Assembly (NCBI RefSeq): GCF_963921235.1
Contig: NC_086097.1
Coordinates: 113,648,001 to 113,712,000, forward strand
Source: Mobula hypostoma
Lineage: Eukaryota
DNA length: 64,000 nucleotides
Direction: 5' to 3'
Every line of letters begins with the position of its first letter. Within the stretch, counting starts at the first letter, position 1. Below the pieces are notes generated by a model. It saw nothing but the letters and a program-made list of their open reading frames with translations. It was not told the origin of the DNA and made no database searches. Below, one piece after another: positions 38,411 to 51,824 of this stretch. Made by a program: the position numbers and the translations under genes.

Positions 38411-38899
38411 ACTGTAAACTCTGACTGGCGGGGTAAAATCAGTACCAAAAACCCCAAAAGACGACAGATATGTGCATTGTTTCACTGCAAAGACAAATGC
38501 TTTAAAGCGATAACCATAGAAGTGGACAAACTTCAAAAACTCAAGGGACACTTTACAAAATCACATGGCATGATGTTATTCTTGATGAAAAGGAAATGAG
38601 CCTACATCCAGAATGTAATTTATTTTGGTCTGTGAGCTGATGAAAATAGCTGGAGCAGGAACAGTGAAAATGGAGGTAATTATTAAAGCCACAAAACTCC
38701 AAAATTCTTCTGGGCTAAAGCCACTTCTAAATATGAATGAGTCCCACCCAATCTTGCCACAGCATTGAAACCATTTTAATCATAGAGAAAACACAAACTA
38801 TGGTGCTGGAGTAAGGATCAGCAAAAAGATTATGCTGTTAGCCAGAAATACCTCAACAGTGGCATTTTGCATGCTGACTAAAAGTGAAAAAAATTCACT

Positions 38900-39240
38900 C
38901 TGTGGTTCACGTTGAGATGTGCTTCTGGTTTCTGGCTGCTCCCCTTTTGTTGCTGTTTTGTGCGGTTCTGATGAGGATGACTGACACGGCTCTAGATTGA
39001 TCTGAACTGAATACTCCAGAACAGCTCATGATGCCTTGTGGTTTGATGTTTTATACCCTGTGTTTTCGCTCATTTTTTGTGCCGTTTGCGCAATTTGTTC
39101 TTTGTGCTCTGGGGGTTTGATATTTGTCTTTGAGCGGATTCCTTGCTTTTCACTGTTTCATAGCTGTCTGTGGGGGAGACGAATCTCAGGGCTGTATATT
39201 TCATACAAACTTTGATAACAAAATATACTTTGAATCTTTG
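38900..39240 (+). repeat. Non-autonomous element with a Rex-type 3' tail
   Basis: gacgaatctcagggctgtatatttcatacaaactttgataacaaatatactttgaatctttg. Confidence 0.55.
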
Positions 39241-39467
39241 TCTACAAAATTATATATAAACTAACATCACACAACTGTGAATTTCACTTTTCTTTATTAC
39301 TAATGGTATTGCTTTGTTGCTAAATAGCCTTTGTTTATGTACTGGAAATTGCTCAAGACTACAACTATTTGACTGCACCACTAAAAACTCTGGTACATAC
39401 CTGGAATCTGGAGGGGATTTCTTGATCCTCATCACTGCTTATTTTTCGAGATCATATCATTAGGGGA

Positions 39468-39740
39468 CATAGAGTCATAGGGTACTAGAGCACAGAAACA
39501 GGCCTTTCAGCCCATCTAGTCACTGCTGAACAGTTATTCTGTCTAGTTCTAGGCCATAGCCCTCCCATTCATGTACTTATCCAAGCTTCCCTTAAATCTT
39601 GGAATCAAACCGGCTTCCACCACTTTCACTGGTTTCCTCTCGTGTTCCCACTAAACTTTTCACCTTTCACTTTAATCCATGACTTCTAGCTTGAGTCTCG
39701 TCAATCTCAGTGGAAAAAGCCTGCTTGCACTTCTATTCTG
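39468..39740 (-). mobile_element. Old CR1 3' fragment
   Basis: catagagtcatag tail; acagaaacaggcctttcagcccatc. Confidence 0.7.
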
Positions 39741-40089
39741 AATCATTTTGAGTGAGAAATCATTTCTAATTTCCAAGAACTTATTGCATCATGTACCTCC
39801 CTTCTACCAGGCTGGTCTGCCACGGCAAATACCAACCTTCTGCAAAGATGGTTAACGTGAATTCCTTGCCAGTGAGACTTACCGCTGTCCTTAAAATCTG
39901 CCTCATCTGAGTTGATTTTCGCAAGCCTGCTGTATTAACTTATAGCCTAATGCATATTTACTTGGGGTCTGTCAAGTTGCATTGTCTGTCCACCCCATTC
40001 AATATCGTTATAGATTGCTGTATGTGGTATTGTCAAGCTGTTTTACAGAACATTGAATAGAATTTGGGTTCAATTCCCTTTGATGTCTG

Positions 40090-40410
40090 TAGAACCATAC
40101 CATAGAACCATACACACAGAAACAGGCCTTTTGGCCCTTCTTGGCTGTGCCGAACCATTTTCTGCCTAGTCCCACTGACCTGCACACGGACCATATCCCT
40201 CCATACACCTCCCATCCACGTATCTGTCCAATTTATTTTTAAATGTTAAAAAAGAACCCGTATTTACCACCTCGTTTGGCAGCTCATTCCATACTCCCAC
40301 CACTCTCCGTGTGAAGAAGCCCCCCCTAATGTTCCCTTTAAACTTTTCCCCCCTCACCCTTAACCCATGTCCTCTGGTTTTTTTCTCCCCTTGCCTCAGT
40401 GGAAAAAGTA
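40090..40410 (-). mobile_element. CR1 3' fragment
   Basis: KTRGHGLRVRGEKFKGNIRGGFFTRRVVGVWNELP; agaaccat-type tail. Confidence 0.88.
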
Positions 40411-40699
40411 GGTTGCAATTTGGAATTTGTTTTTGAGGAATGGAATTGATAAGTAGCTCAGTGATGTTAAACTTACACAATACCTTGATTAAACCATATG
40501 TACAATTCTGCTGCCAGAACTAAGTGGACATAACCAACAGAAAATGCTGAAGGAATCTGAATTTTGTCGCCAGAAAAAAGAATTTCCAGAAGATAGGACA
40601 GAGATGGACATAAGACATAAAATCTGCTCGCTGGAAATTCCAAACCAGTATATTTAATAGTAAAATAATACATTAATGACAAGTCTAATGGCAAATTTA

Positions 40700-41277
40700 A
40701 GAAAACGTAGTTAGAGTTCAAAGTGTATTTGAGACTGACACCAGTGGTGGGACTTTGCCTTTGTTTGGTGTGCGACAAAGAGAGAAGACATTGCAGCAAA
40801 CCAGTTGTAGGATTCGATCTGGCGGGGAATTGCAATTCGATGGAGCCCAGGCGTGGAGTTCTGTCGAGGATTGGTGAATATGGCTTTTGGAAGATTTGAG
40901 CTCCAACCTGTACACATTTGACTGTTTAATTACAAACGTTTGTATAATGGGCCCTTTTGTTTTTTCGCTTCTTTGCTTTACTAACTCTTTGGTTATGTTA
41001 ATGTTCGCAAATATACTTCTTTATAACTGTATGCAGTGTGCAATCTGTTATTCCATCCTGAACGACTATTGCAGGACAGTAAATCACACAGCAGTCACAC
41101 AAACTGGGGTCTGGGTGGTGGAGACATCCCAAACCCATGGACTTGGTGGGACCAAAGTCATATGCTTCCTTGACGTATGAAGCAGAAAAAGGTGGCTTCT
41201 CGCCACGGAATCCAGTGGTTGTTAGGGAGGGACTAATGAGCTGGATTTCCAGAGACGCCCAGCAAAAGGGGCTTTCA
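40700..41277 (+). repeat. Solo-LTR-like repeat, related to 56178-56978
   Basis: Shared aatgggcccttt...aaatata.tt.ctttataa...gtgt.caatctgttatt block. Confidence 0.55.
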
Positions 41278-42220
41278 TATGTCAATGATTTGGATGATAG
41301 AATTGATGGCTTTGTTGCAAAGTTTGCAGACAGTATTGAAATAGATGGAGGGGTAGGTAGTTTTGAGGAAGTAGAGGGGCTACATAAAGACTTAGATTAG
41401 AAAAATGGGCAAAGAAATGGCAGATGGAATACAGTGCTGGGAACTGTATGGTCTTGCACTTTGGTAGGAGAAATTAAAAGGATAAATCTTTTCTAAACGG
41501 AGAGAAAATACAAACAAAAAGCTGAGGTGCAAAGGGACTTAGGAGTCTTTGTGCACGATACCCCAAAGGTTAACTTACAGGTTGGGTCTGTGGTGAAGAA
41601 GGCAAATGTAATGTTAGCATTCATTTCAAGATGACTAGAATATAAAAGCAAGGATGTAATGTTGAGACCTTGCAAAACACTGGTGAGGCCTCATTTGAAG
41701 TATAGTGAGCAGGTTTGGGCCCTTTATCCTAGAAAGGATCTGCTGAAACTGGAGAAGGAGGATCACAAAAATGATTCCAGGATTGAAAGGCTCGTCATAT
41801 GAAGAGCGTTTGATGGCTCTGGGCCTGTATTCACTAGAATTCAGAAGAATGAGGGATGACCTCATTGTTACCAATCAAATGGTGAAAGGCCTTGATAGAG
41901 AGGACGTTTCTTCTGGTGGGAGAGCCTAAGACCAGAGGACACAGATTCAGAATAGAGGGGCATCCTTTTTAGAATGGAGATGAGGGGGAATTTCTTTAGC
42001 CAGAGAGTTGTGATTCTGTGGAACTCTTTGCTGTGGAGGCCGAGTCTTAAAGTATATGTAAGGCAGAGGTTGATAGATTCTTGATTACTCAGGGTGTGAA
42101 GAGATACTTGGAGAAGGCAGGAGATTGGGGTTGAGAGGAAAATTTGATCAGCTTTGATGAAATAGCAGAGCAGACTTGATGGGCCAAATGGCCTAATTCT
42201 ACTCCTTTGTCCTAAACCAA
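41278..42220 (+). mobile_element. CR1 RT C-terminal fragment
   Basis: VNDLDDRIDGFVAKFAD...; 3'UTR gatgggccaaatggcctaattct. Confidence 0.9.
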
Positions 42221-42519
42221 TGGCTATGAATGTAAGAATGGAAAGGCACTGGATGATTTAAAAATCAAAATAAAAATCACAGGCCTCATCACCTAGTCTA
42301 TTTGCGTCTTATTAAGGCCTCAGTCATCAATGTCCAGATCTCCAGACCCAGTGTAAATGCCAAGCTTCACTCCTATCAATTGTTATGATGATCTCCAAGT
42401 ATCCTGCTGGCATTGCCTTTCATGCACAGGTTAGGCTACCCACTTGACAGGCTGCTGTGTGGGATACACTGTGGTCTTGCTGTTGAAACTAGCAGGAGCT
42501 CCTCAGTCCCACTCCTAAC

Positions 42520-42978
42520 ATAGTAGTAGTCATAGTCATAATCATACTTTATTGATCCCGGGGGAAATTGGTTTTCATTACTACTGTTGCACCATAAATA
42601 ATAAATAGTAATAAAACCATAAATAGTTAAATAGTAATATGTAAATTATGCCAGTAAATTATGAAATAAATCCAGGACCAGCCTATCAGCTCAGGGTGTC
42701 TGACCCTCCAAAGGAGGCGGTGTAAAATTTGATGGCTACAGGCAGGAATTACTTCCTATGACACTCTGTGTTGCATCTCGGTGGAATGAGTCTCTGGCTG
42801 AATGTACTCCTGTGCCCACCCAGTACATTATGTAGTGGATGGGAGACATTGTCCAAGATGGCATGCAACTTGGACAGCATCCTCTTTTCAGACACCACTG
42901 TCAGGGAGTCCAGTTCCATCCCCACAACATCACTGGCCTTACGAATGAGTTTGTTGATTCTGTTGGTGTCTGCTACAG
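42520..42978 (-). mobile_element. Rex1/Babar LINE 3' fragment (relatively young)
   Basis: NKLIRKASDVVGMELDSLTVVSEKRMLSKLHAILDNVSHPLH...RCNTECHRK; aataaagtatgattatgactatgactacta tail. Confidence 0.85.
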
Positions 42979-43204
42979 GTTCTTCAGTCATTTTCAGCAA
43001 TGCTCTTCCCCACCTTTCCAGAAACCTCGCGTACGTGGAGTGACAGTACATAGACTACACTTCAGAATCATTTGACTTCCTGAATAAATATACAGAAATG
43101 GTTGAGAGATTCTGGGATTTAGTGTTCTTTGCATTCTGCAAGTCAGGGGAGTAAACTGGACAACATACTGCATCTGATACAGAGCATTATGTGATAGAAA
43201 TTCA

Positions 43205-43450
43205 GGGCAGCACAATAATGCAGCAGTTATTGTAACACTTTACAGTGGCGGCTGTAAGACTAGGTTTGTTCTCCAAGTAACCACATAGGTTTCCTCCAAC
43301 ATTCCTAAGATGTACAATTAGGGTTAGTGAGTTGTAGACATGCTATGTTGGCAGCAGAAGGGTGGCGATACTTGTCAGTTGCCCAGCACTACCTTCACTG
43401 ATATAATTTCAATATTTTGATGTACATAAGACAAATGAAGTTATTTTTTA
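43205..43450 (+). mobile_element. V-SINE (degraded)
   Basis: Similar to 15685-15990. Confidence 0.55.
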
Positions 43451-43544
43451 TCTATATCTTTTAGGCGATGAGCTCTGTGAGCCCAAAGTCCAGTTTTGCT
43501 GTTTGGTTTTGGTAGATGGGAAATAATGTACTTCTAGTCACAAA

Positions 43545-44030
43545 AAACTCGAGAATCATCACGGGAATGAAAGGTTGAACATGTGAGGAGAGTTTGATGG
43601 TTCTGGGCCTGTACTTGCTGGAATTTAGAAGAATGAGGCTGGATCCAGTGAAACTTATTGAATATTGAGAGGCCTAGAGAGAGTGGATGTGGAGAGGATG
43701 TTTCCATAGCAGAGGAGTCTAGGACCAGAGTGCACAGCCTCAGAATAGAGGACTATCCTGTTAGAACAGAGATCAGGAGGAATTTATTTAGCCAGATGGT
43801 GGCGAACCTGTGAAATTCGTTGTCACGGATAGCTGTGGAGGTCAATTCATTGGCATATCTAAAGCAGAGGTTGATAGGTCCATGATTTGTAAGGGCATCA
43901 AAGGTTATGAGGAGAAAGCAAGAGAACGGGGTTGAAAGGGAAAAAGAATTGGCCATAATGGAATGGTGCAGCAAACTCAATGGGCCGAATAATACTGCTC
44001 GTATGCATTATGGCCTTCTGGTCTAAACTG
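43545..44030 (+). mobile_element. CR1 3' fragment
   Basis: ctgggcctgtacttgctggaatttagaagaatgagg; gatcaggaggaatttatttagccag. Confidence 0.85.
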
Positions 44031-44629
44031 GAAAGCAGATGATAATGAGGGGTTCAGATGGATGACATACATGTAGATGATGGGAAATCATTGCTGTTTG
44101 ACAGATTGATTAATGAGCTGACTGGCTCCATTAAATGGAGTCATATCTGTCTTGCATAGTAGGAACAGAAAATAGTTTCATAAAGCTGTACAGTGTCATT
44201 GATCTTTATAGAGTTCGTAATCAACTCAAACATCATTTTGATTAGAGTGTTCTGACATTTTAACAGTACTTTGTAAAAGCATTAAATGATTTATTTTATT
44301 CAGTTGCAGACTCCTTAAGTGAGAGGCTTAGCAGACTGAAACATTCTTATTTATAGCTGTCTCTCAGTATTGGGTGGATGGAGTGTGAGTCTAGTTCCTT
44401 GTCACTGTGGGTGATATATTGCCTTTTTTTTGCATTTTAATTTACAAACCACCTCTATCTCTTAAGTTAGTTGCTGCAGTGATGTTTTCCACCCTACAAA
44501 TCTTTTATGTAACTTATTGCATTCAATGTTGACAAAAGAATACCTTGCAATTCCATTTTTCCCTTGTCAATCATCATTTTGAAACCATTTCAGTAAACAC
44601 CTGGCAGCCTGAATTGGCATAACAGAAGC

Positions 44630-45320
44630 ACGAAAGGGACCTGCCGCTCCATCTACCAAAAGTGGAACTTTCCAGTGCCAATCATTTTAATTCCCATTCC
44701 CATTCCTGTTCCGACATGTCGGTCCATGGCCTCCTCCTGTGCCAAGATGAGACCACACCTTGGTGGAGGAGTAACACCTTATATTCTATCTGGGTAGCCT
44801 CCAACCTGATGGCATGAATATCAATCTCTCCGTCTGGCAAAAAAAAAATTTCCCTCCTCCTCCTGTCTTCCTCTATTCCCCACTTTGGCCTCTTACCTCT
44901 TCTCACCTGCCTAGCCCTTCGCCCAGACTCCATCCTCCTTTCCTTTCTCCTGTGGTCCATCTTCTCCAGCCCTTGACCTTTCCCATCTACCTGGTTTCAC
45001 CTATCACCTTCCAGGTAACCTCCTTCCCCTCCCCTCACCTCTTTATTATGGCGTCTTCTCCCCTCCATCTCAATCCTGAAGAAGGGACTTGGCCTGAAAC
45101 GTCGACTGTTCGTTCATTTCCACTGATGCTATCTGACCTGCTGAGTTCCTCTGGTACTCTGAGTGTGTTCATTTGGATTTCCAGCATCTGCAGACTTTGT
45201 GTTTATGAAAGGCACATTGATGTCCTGATGAAGGGTCTCGGCCCGAAACATCAACTGTTTATTCCTTTCCATAGATGCTGCCTGATCTGATGAGCAACTG
45301 CAGCATTTTGTATGTGTTAG
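44630..45320 (+). mobile_element. Penelope-like 3' fragment with tandem terminal repeats
   Basis: PV.NHFNSHSHS..LEE.HLIFYLGSLQPDGMN; two hammerhead-bearing repeats at 45071 and 45221. Confidence 0.85.
45071..45108 (+). ncRNA. Minimal hammerhead ribozyme motif (core intact, one stem-I mismatch)
   Basis: caatc-CTGAAGA-agg gacttgg cct-GAAAC-GTC-gactg. Confidence 0.7.
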
Positions 45321-45764
45321 AAGGTATATTGATGTGGTAATTATTGGCCAACTAATTTCAATAATGATTTCTGACATGAATGTCAAACTCAACTTTTAAC
45401 AAGGAATTTCAAGGTGCAGGAGGGAATAAGCTACCTTGCAGACCCTCACTTCAGTACCTGTGTGATGTTTTTGATATTTTTGAGTTGGTTGCTCAAGCCA
45501 GGTTTTGAATAGCCTCCTCATTTTGAAATAATCCACAAAGAAACAAACACACCACTGAACTAAGCAGTTTATTCTGAAGTAAATATCCATGAATTATGGT
45601 TGACAATGAAACTATCCTTTGCTGGGGATCAGTGATGAATTTATGCAAAGTCACTCTGCAGTTTAGATGAGTCAATGGGTCAAATGGTTTGCAATCTGTT
45701 TTGTTGACATAGCAACTTACACATAAGGAAAAATGCATGGGAAAAAATACTTGGTCATTTCAAT

Positions 45765-45770
45765 TTTATT
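45765..45770 (-). promoter_or_regulatory. Candidate polyadenylation signal
   Basis: AATAAA on the minus strand with downstream tattttttcccatgcatttttccttatgtgt. Confidence 0.4.
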
Positions 45771-46815
45771 TACAAATTAAATTTTGTTTTATGCTATCAC
45801 AGTCAAAGTTGCATTCATAGTCATAAAATTATTCACAATCTTTAAATGTAATATAGCATTATAATCAATGGACAATTCACCATTATGCGTGTTGTGCATA
45901 ATTTACTTGGGAACATATTAATATAACAGTAACATAAATGTAGGTAGAAAGATCATTAAATAAATGAGACATCCCTTTCCAGGAACAAAGAACAAACTAG
46001 ATAAACAACCAAAAATCCAAACTTATCTTGTTGATTCCGTACTTTAAATGACCGATCTGCTCTGGAGTGGCTCTAGGAGATCTGTCTGAGAAGCCTCGGG
46101 TATTAGCATTATGCTGGATCTGTATTTCTTCTCTTTACCTTCCATTGTTATTGATTGCCTCACTGCAAGGTTCCACTACTGCAGGGCCATTTGAAAACCC
46201 TGACTGTCAGATTGTTGAGAAAACAGCCTTCAGAATAAAAAGTTCACAACAAGTTTGTATTCTAATCTTGCTTGGACATGGCCAAAGTGCTGTTTTGCTT
46301 TCATAATCAAAATCTCATTTTCTTGCAATTGCAGCTTCTCTAGCAGTTGACGTGTAGTTGTAAAGTTAATGAGTTAGGCTGCAAGATATTAAATTCTCTA
46401 TCAAATTAGTTTTGATAAAATAAGCATTGTTGTTTCAGTATATTTGGACCTCTTTTGTAGCATATATAACCATAATGCCATCAAGTTACAGGGGGCCTCA
46501 TATATATTAAAAACAGTTTATCTTCAGAACCAAATATAAAATATGAATAATAAGGTAGAAGCGACACAGAAATATTTCAAAGATCACACTGACCTAAATG
46601 TACTCTAAACCATATAACTAAATTACAGAAACTACACACAAAATATCTCAAAGAAAGTGTCCATTACTGAATAGATATTCACTTGAATAAGACTGTTGGA
46701 TTCTTTTTTAAACATTTGGTACATGACAGGTACACTTGGCAGGTACACTTTTCAAATATCAATATTTTCATCAATCCATAAGGAAATGAGATTGACATCC
46801 AAAATTAAACAGTAT

Positions 46816-46910
46816 TATGTATTCCCTCATGAGGCATACCACTTTATGTATTCTCTCAAGTGAAGCATACCATTTTATGTATTCGCTCAAGTGAGGCATA
46901 CCATTTTTAT
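46816..46910. repeat. Minisatellite, ~31 bp x3
   Basis: Unit ~tatgtattc(c/t/g)ctcaagtgaggcataccattt. Confidence 0.85.
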
Positions 46911-47610
46911 AGTTTTTTGTGATGTCTTAATACTTTCAATACAGATTAAGCAAATGTAATGAGAATAAATTACCATCATCCTTAGCTGTTACCAAAATAA
47001 TTTGAAAAATGAAGCATATAGTATACTGAAGTGATAGGTTTTAATACAAACGTTTGTACTTGGCATGTTTCAATATAAAGTTGTGTATAGGCACTGGGAC
47101 TGACACTGAAAGGTGATCAATAAATATTACAACTTCTGGAGATGAAATTGTATTCAATGCACTCCGAACCAAATCTTGTCTGCATTTATGTTTTCTAACC
47201 ACCTTAAGGACATCTTAATGCTGTTTTCCAGTTATGTTATGATTCAATAGGCCAATTACATGGCTGTTCTCTTTTTAATAGACATTCTACTTCCATTAAA
47301 AATTGAAACAAGTTAATAAAACTACATATGTAGATGATTTAAGTGATCATTTATAGACAACCTTTCCTAACTGAGATTCAAAATTCATCTTCAAATATAT
47401 GGTCCTTAAACAATGCAGAAAGAAATAGGACAATCTTCTTAATGTATTAAATAAAATATGTCCAATGTATTATCAAAGTGCTCTTGCAAAATTAGGTATT
47501 AGCATTCATGGGCACTGCATCAGTGCATATTATAAATGTGTTTGATGATGATAACGGGGAGTTATACCACTGATCTATGCTAATTCATAACACATTCAAA
47601 ATTACATATA

Positions 47611-48143
47611 CACTCACTGGCAACTTTATTAGGTACACTTGTACACATGCACATTAATGCAAGTATCTAATTTGCCAATCATGTTGCAGCAACTCGGTGC
47701 ATAAAAGCATGCAGACATGGTCAAGAGGTTCAGTTGTTGTTCAGACCAAACATTAGAATAGGAAGATTGTTGGTGACAGATTTGTGTATCTCAGAAACCG
47801 CTAATTTCCTGGGATTTTAGGTCTCTAGAATTTACAAAGAATGGTGCAAAAAACCCCAAAAAAAAACACATCCAGCGAGTAGCAGTTCTGTGGGGGGATT
47901 AAAAAACACCTTGTTAATGAGAGAGGTCAGAGGAGATTGCCAGACTGGTTGAAGTTGACAGGAAGGTTACTGTAACTCGAATAACCATGTGTTACAACAG
48001 TGGTGTGCAGTGGAGCACCTCTGAAAGCACAACACATTAAATCTTGAAATGAATCTGCTACAGTGGCAGAAAACCACAAACATGCACTCAATGGCTACTT
48101 TATTGGGTACAGGAGGAACCTAATAAGGTAGCCACAGATTGTG
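47611..48143 (-). mobile_element. Tc1-like MITE with TA flanks
   Basis: ta|cactcactggcaactttattaggtacac ... cctaataaggtagccacagattgtg|ta. Confidence 0.82.
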
Positions 48144-49019
48144 TATTTCTTTCAAATAAAATATTGATTATTTTTCCACATTGGGTTTAATGTACAATTC
48201 AACACATGTTCAAAATAGTGCAAGTGTACAGTCCAAATGTATGAATTTTGTCGCATGATTTAAAATAAACTTCATTTCCTAGCACGTTGAGCTAGTATTT
48301 TAAAAAACATGACTGGTTATATTTTTCTTGTGTTCAAAAGTATGGGAATGGCATAGTTTCTTAATACAGCTGAAAGATGATTTCTAATAAAAATGAACAT
48401 TTTTGGTAAGAATTTATAATTAATCTCCTCTGAGTAAACATATTTTGAATTGCTCAAATCAATTTAGCAGCTATAAGGAACTATATGTAATTTTTGCTGT
48501 TTGGTAGTCAATATGTTGAAAATGATTTTTTGAATAGATTGGAGTTTTTAAATGATGCCAATGAATGCTCTTCTACCTAAACAAATATAACTTAAAGACT
48601 CCCTTTGAAACCCCACATAAGGGCAAAATTAGTAGAAACCTGCTGTGGCGAGTAATTCAATCTGGGAACATGAACCTTTTTTTTGGATGAGCCTAACTTC
48701 CAAAATAAAAGTAAAAAAAAAGAGATTAAAATTTCTACTGACCAGACCTTATCTTGGAAATTCCTTAAAAGTTTGACCAATTTTAGGTGTTTCACATTAA
48801 TTCAGAAAAAGAAAGCTAAGCTGCAAATGTTTGCAGATAAAGTATTTATTTTGTTGGATGGTGTTTCATGGAGCAGGAATGTTTTAAACAAATGCCTGAA
48901 CTACCTCTCTTTGATGTCTTAAGTATGTAATACTTAATGTAGATTTGAGATTTCCAAACAAAACCCGTTATTTGATATTTGTTCCAAATGAAGTATTATA
49001 ATTTATCTTTATATCCCTG

Positions 49020-49300
49020 GAAAGGTCAAAGCTAGATGAAATATTTATGGGGAACCTGAGTGGGATCTTCTTCACTCAGAGGATGGTGCGAGTGTAGAAT
49101 GAGCTGCCAGTGGAAGTGGTGGATACGAGTTCAATTGCAACATTTAAGAGAAGTTTGTATTAGTACATGGATGGCAGGGGTATGGAGGGCTATGGTCCAG
49201 GTGTGAATCAATGGGACTAGGCATAACAACAGACCAGCATTGACTAGATGGGCCAAAGTACCCATTTCCACTCTGTCATGCTCTATGATTATGACTCTAG
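49020..49300 (+). mobile_element. CR1 3' fragment
   Basis: ttcttcactcagaggatggtgcgagtgtagaatgagctgccag. Confidence 0.8.
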
Positions 49301-50573
49301 TTTAACTGATATCCAGTTATTTGCAATGAAAACTACAGAAATGTGGATTAGTGTTGTGCTTAGTATTGATGGTTCAATAAAATATTTTGTTGAAAGATAA
49401 GGAAACATTAAAAAAAGGAACTGTTTACGTTGGATTACAGATCATAGTACAATGTGATGGAGATGCTTAATGTTATGGATTGGTTTATAATAGATCATTT
49501 CACATATATGAGATGCACATCAGAGTCTTACATCCTTGTGTGAGATACTAAATGTCATCTGATGTCTGTGACACTTTCCATGTGCACTTCAACATCAGAC
49601 ACTTTCTAGAGTGAAGGGGAGTAAATTCAACAGTCAAAATCCTTACGATTCTAACAAAGTTAATGACATGAAGCCAAATAACACACACAGTACAATGAAT
49701 TCATGAGTAACAGGACAGTAGGATACAGAAACAAAGTGTGAAAGAGTTAAGAAATCTCATTTTGCTAAATGACATAATTTGTATTAAAACCACTTTGCCA
49801 CATGATGGGCAAATTGTGCATTTCCACTGGAAGCCTTACCTATGGAATGTTGGATGATGGCAAGGTATTCTGATTCAGGAGGACTTGTGATAAACCCTGT
49901 ACTTCATAGAGAAGTCGTACAGAGTTACTGACAATGCCCATTCAATCATTTTTATACCACCGTGCTGCTTGTGAAACATCAAGTCATGGGCATTAACTGT
50001 TATGTCAAAGAGAAGAAGATACTAACATAATTTTGGAGGACGAACCAGATGGAACAGAAGATACTGTGGTATAATTATTTTACAGTTCTGAGGGGCAATA
50101 CCAACTTTATGGAGTGGAATCTGTTGCAATTGGTTCTAATCATGAAAATGGAATGTTATGTACCTGGGCAACAGAAAAGCAATGAAGAATAAGCAAAAAT
50201 GTTTTAAAGAACTTAAGAACAACAATCCAGATTACTAAGAAATGAAGTGTTCTTTATAATTAGTGTAAAATTATCCATCTGCAATAGTTTTATAAGAAAA
50301 CCTACATGCATATTTCAGATTACTTTGATGTTAAGTGTATTCAGAATTCCAGTTAAATCATACATATATTTTGGCTTATTGATTACAACTCTTTTTTTTT
50401 TGAAGATCTAGTCATTGGATGAATCTTCAGATATTGGTTCTCAAGGCACAGCACAACTTTGACAGCTTTTAAGCATTCTGTTTCTTCAAGTCTTCTTCAA
50501 GTCTGGCAAAGGAACTTCTGTAAAGTGCAAACAGCATTGATTTTTTCCTGTAAGATCCTGGTTAAATTGATTG

Positions 50574-50687
50574 TTACTTCACAAAGTTTTCTAATTTTCT
50601 TTCTTCTGACTCAATTGAACAGATGCTTTTGGTGACATGAACGTTAACTTCTTTTGCTAATACTTTCTTGGTCTCCTGTTTTTTTTT
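50574..50687 (-). CDS. Terminal coding exon part of an unidentified host gene (KKKQETKKVLAKEVNVHVTKSICSIESEERKLENFVK*)
   Basis: Strong acceptor ccttttttttctacttatatAG (50688-50689); phase-0 frame open to TAA; phase matches the upstream exon. Confidence 0.6.
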   Translation of the reverse strand, partial: KKKQETKKVLAKEVNVHVTKSICSIESEERKLENFVK

Positions 50688-51059
50688 CTATATAAGTAGA
50701 AAAAAAAAGGTTAAATTCACAAGAAATTAAGAAAATCAGGTTACAATATGGAGCAGAAAAGATATGCTAAAAATGTTGGAAGCTGACCAAAGACTGTCCA
50801 ACGTTTTGATAGACTTGACATTCATACTGATAATATTTTGAAGAAAATGTTTGTCTAAGAATATGTTATAAGCCTTCATTATCTAGTTGAAGAATTTGCA
50901 AAATCTATGGAATCAGAAGGTAGAGTTCAACACCAGTCTTGGATTAGGTGACCTACAGGTGAAATAATAAACCATTCCTATCAACAGGAAACTGACTCAA
51001 TTTTGACTGGGCCTTATTAACTTGACTATATGCTGTAACTCACTGTAGTTTGTCAAGTG

Positions 51060-51370
51060 TACATAGAATATATAACATTACAGCACAGTAGAAGCCATTT
51101 GGATCACAATCTTGTGCCAACCCTTTAAACCTACTCTAAGATCAATCTAACCCTTCCCACCTACAGTACCCACCATTTACCTATCATCCATGTGCCTATG
51201 TAAGAGTTTCTAAAATGCCCCTAATGTATCTGCCTCTACCACCATCCCAGGCAGGGCATTCCACGCACCCACCACTCTCTGTATATAGAACTTACCTCTG
51301 GCTTGCCCCCTCCCCCACCCCCATACTTCCCTCCAATCACCTTAAAATTATGCCCCCTGGTATTAACTGC
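51060..51370 (-). mobile_element. CR1 3' fragment
   Basis: ggcagggcattccacgcacccaccactctctgt. Confidence 0.75.
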
Positions 51371-51824
51371 TGGATCTTTGTTTATATTCAGATCTTTAGG
51401 GCTCTTCCAGGAGTCAAGAGTGATGAGTAGCCTTACTTCTAAGATTTCAGTTTATTTTAAAGTACAAACAAACATAAGCAAACTAAATAAAGAGCTGAAA
51501 AATGATGCTAAGAATATAAATATAAAAGAAGCAAAGATGGCAGTTCTGAAAAATCCACTTTTATAGATAAGATATGAAAGTCCTTAGATAAGAACAAACT
51601 AGTTAATAGGCTACATAATTAAATCAATTACATCACATGGGTAATGTGCTCATACTTAGCCAATGAAAAATGAGAAAGGTGATAAACCGTTAGTTTAGCT
51701 GCTGTACTGCTTTCTGCCGGTAAATGGGGATGAACTACCTCATACTGTGAAAAGTACATGAGTTTGTTAAAAAGCACAAATTTTATAAAAAGTAATATTT
51801 AAAAAGAACAGTGGTTCCTAACAT

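Larger units (their letters stand above)
45750..50573 (-). other. Putative long 3'UTR of the minus-strand host gene
   Basis: Follows the stop at 50574; AT-rich and repeat-poor compared with flanks; AATAAA at 45765-45770 followed by a U-rich tract. Confidence 0.5.

Noticed and set aside
46139..46227. Minus-strand exon-like segment with AG/GT signals
   Set aside because: Stops in all three frames; lies within the putative 3'UTR
46816..46910. Short palindromic repeats as a CRISPR array
   Set aside because: Units are directly adjacent with no spacers, there are no cas genes, and the context is eukaryotic
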